Of a stretch of DNA of 64,000 nucleotides, positions 63,501 to 64,000 are shown piece after piece; position 1 is the first letter of the stretch, and the number at the start of each line of letters is the position of its first letter. Both the position numbers and the translations under genes were made by a program. The notes beneath the pieces are model-generated. The model had not been told where the DNA came from. It did no database searches and saw nothing but the letters and a program-made list of their open reading frames with translations. The DNA is from Amoebophrya sp. A120 (taxonomy: Eukaryota > Protista > Dinoflagellata), in assembly GCA_905178155.1 (NCBI GenBank), contig CAJINV010000022.1:725044-789043 (forward strand), given 5' to 3'.

Positions 63501-64000
63501 AATGTCTGGGTCTGGAAGGTTGGAACTTGTGATGCTAACTTTGGACTCTGACAAAATTTGCATTGCGTAACCAGCAAGAGGAGTGCAGTTTGTGCTACAC
63601 GGACACGGCATTTGTCATGCGGAGTAGGCACCATCAGGAACCCCTTTAAAAATCTGTGATGCTAGGTCGTGCATTGCAGACATCCTAGGTCATGCAAAAT
63701 ATCATGACAAACCCGGCAACATTCCAGACCCAGGCATTTTTGCATTTGATAGAAGAGCGGAAAGAACAAAAATGAAACCTGTGGCCAGCCGATCAACACG
63801 CGGAATTGCCCGAGTGGGATGTGCTTTTTCCACCAGGAGCTATCAAATATAAAAATGTCTGGGTCTGGAAGATTCTGACACTTGTCATGCACGTTTTGCA
63901 TGAGCCATGATGTCTGTGATGCGTACCCTAGCAATACAGATTTTCTGAGGGCTTCTTGATGCCTATTCCGCATGACAAATGCCTTCTCAGCGTAGCAAAA
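60586..64000 (+). CDS. MCM10: Minichromosome maintenance protein 10 (DNA replication factor), 3' partial
   Basis: Predicted exons 60586-60657, 60805-61470, 61625-61874, 62142-62221, 62373-62598, 62822-62864, 63034-63092, 63413-63486, 63756-63839 give one open frame: MADDLADLLDTF.., FEKNSGFHLTDRCLSQ.., DVVLIAIG..SEWKICDL..LRLHDQAYIGW..KKGSVFAILNP, VVKLGECEDVGYCSAK..ETCGQPINTRNCPSGMCFFH. These match the MCM10 EKFSG motif, OB-fold and CCCH zinc finger (recognised by eye). Confidence 0.88.
60659..60800. mobile_element. Short introner in MCM10
   Basis: TATCAGAGCGGAATT ... AATTCTCTGTTCCATA; DR ACCCG/ACCGC; in-frame removal. Confidence 0.78.
61472..61620. mobile_element. Short introner family K in MCM10
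   Basis: Exact DR CGCAG; removal joins GPA|AMGASSS. Confidence 0.9.
61876..62137. mobile_element. Introner family A in MCM10
   Basis: TIR pair; DR TTTGA/TTCGA. Confidence 0.92.
62222..62372 (+). other. GT-AG intron of MCM10
   Basis: AAG|GTATAC..TTATCCAG|GTC; in frame. Confidence 0.75.
62599..62821 (+). other. GT-AG intron of MCM10 containing family C-derived sequence
   Basis: G|GTATTA..CTCCAG|GT; in frame (AYIGW). Confidence 0.78.
62866..63029. mobile_element. Short introner in MCM10
   Basis: TATGCAATGCA ... TGCAGTGGATA; DR AAGGA/AGCGA. Confidence 0.85.
63094..63408. mobile_element. Introner family B in MCM10
   Basis: Exact DR TACTT. Confidence 0.92.
63488..63751. mobile_element. Introner family A within the MCM10 zinc finger
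   Basis: TIR pair; DR GAAGG/GAAGA. Confidence 0.93.
63841..64000. mobile_element. Introner family A, cut by the window edge
   Basis: Left TIR TATCAAATATAAAAATGTCTGGGTCTGGAAG. Confidence 0.85.

Noticed and set aside
176-63973. Recurring peptides MSGSG, PDPDIF, CKYVWVWK and FQTQT in many short ORFs as a protein family
   Set aside because: They are translations of the family A TIR in different frames.

Overview
Eukaryotic genomic DNA with no prokaryotic operon structure. It contains a 750-N gap with an exact 2-kb duplication on either side, probably an assembly artefact. The window is dominated by roughly 70 (hand count) short non-autonomous terminal-inverted-repeat elements of about 140-320 bp, from several families. 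All start TAT, end ATA and are flanked by a 5-bp direct repeat (DR). Many sit inside protein-coding sequence, and deleting the element plus one DR copy restores the reading frame. The clearest case is an MCM10 gene (60586 to beyond 64000) whose OB-fold and CCCH zinc finger appear only after removing six such elements and two GT-AG introns. The elements therefore behave as non-canonical, orientation-independent introners. This resembles the introner elements reported in the parasitic dinoflagellate Amoebophrya; the taxon is inferred from memory and not verified. The sequence also suggests the exact junction register, the decay of introners into GT-AG introns, nested insertions (including a Helitron-like element inside an introner), a hairpin-forming higher-order satellite and several multi-exon hypothetical genes. 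Gene models were assembled by hand without RNA data.
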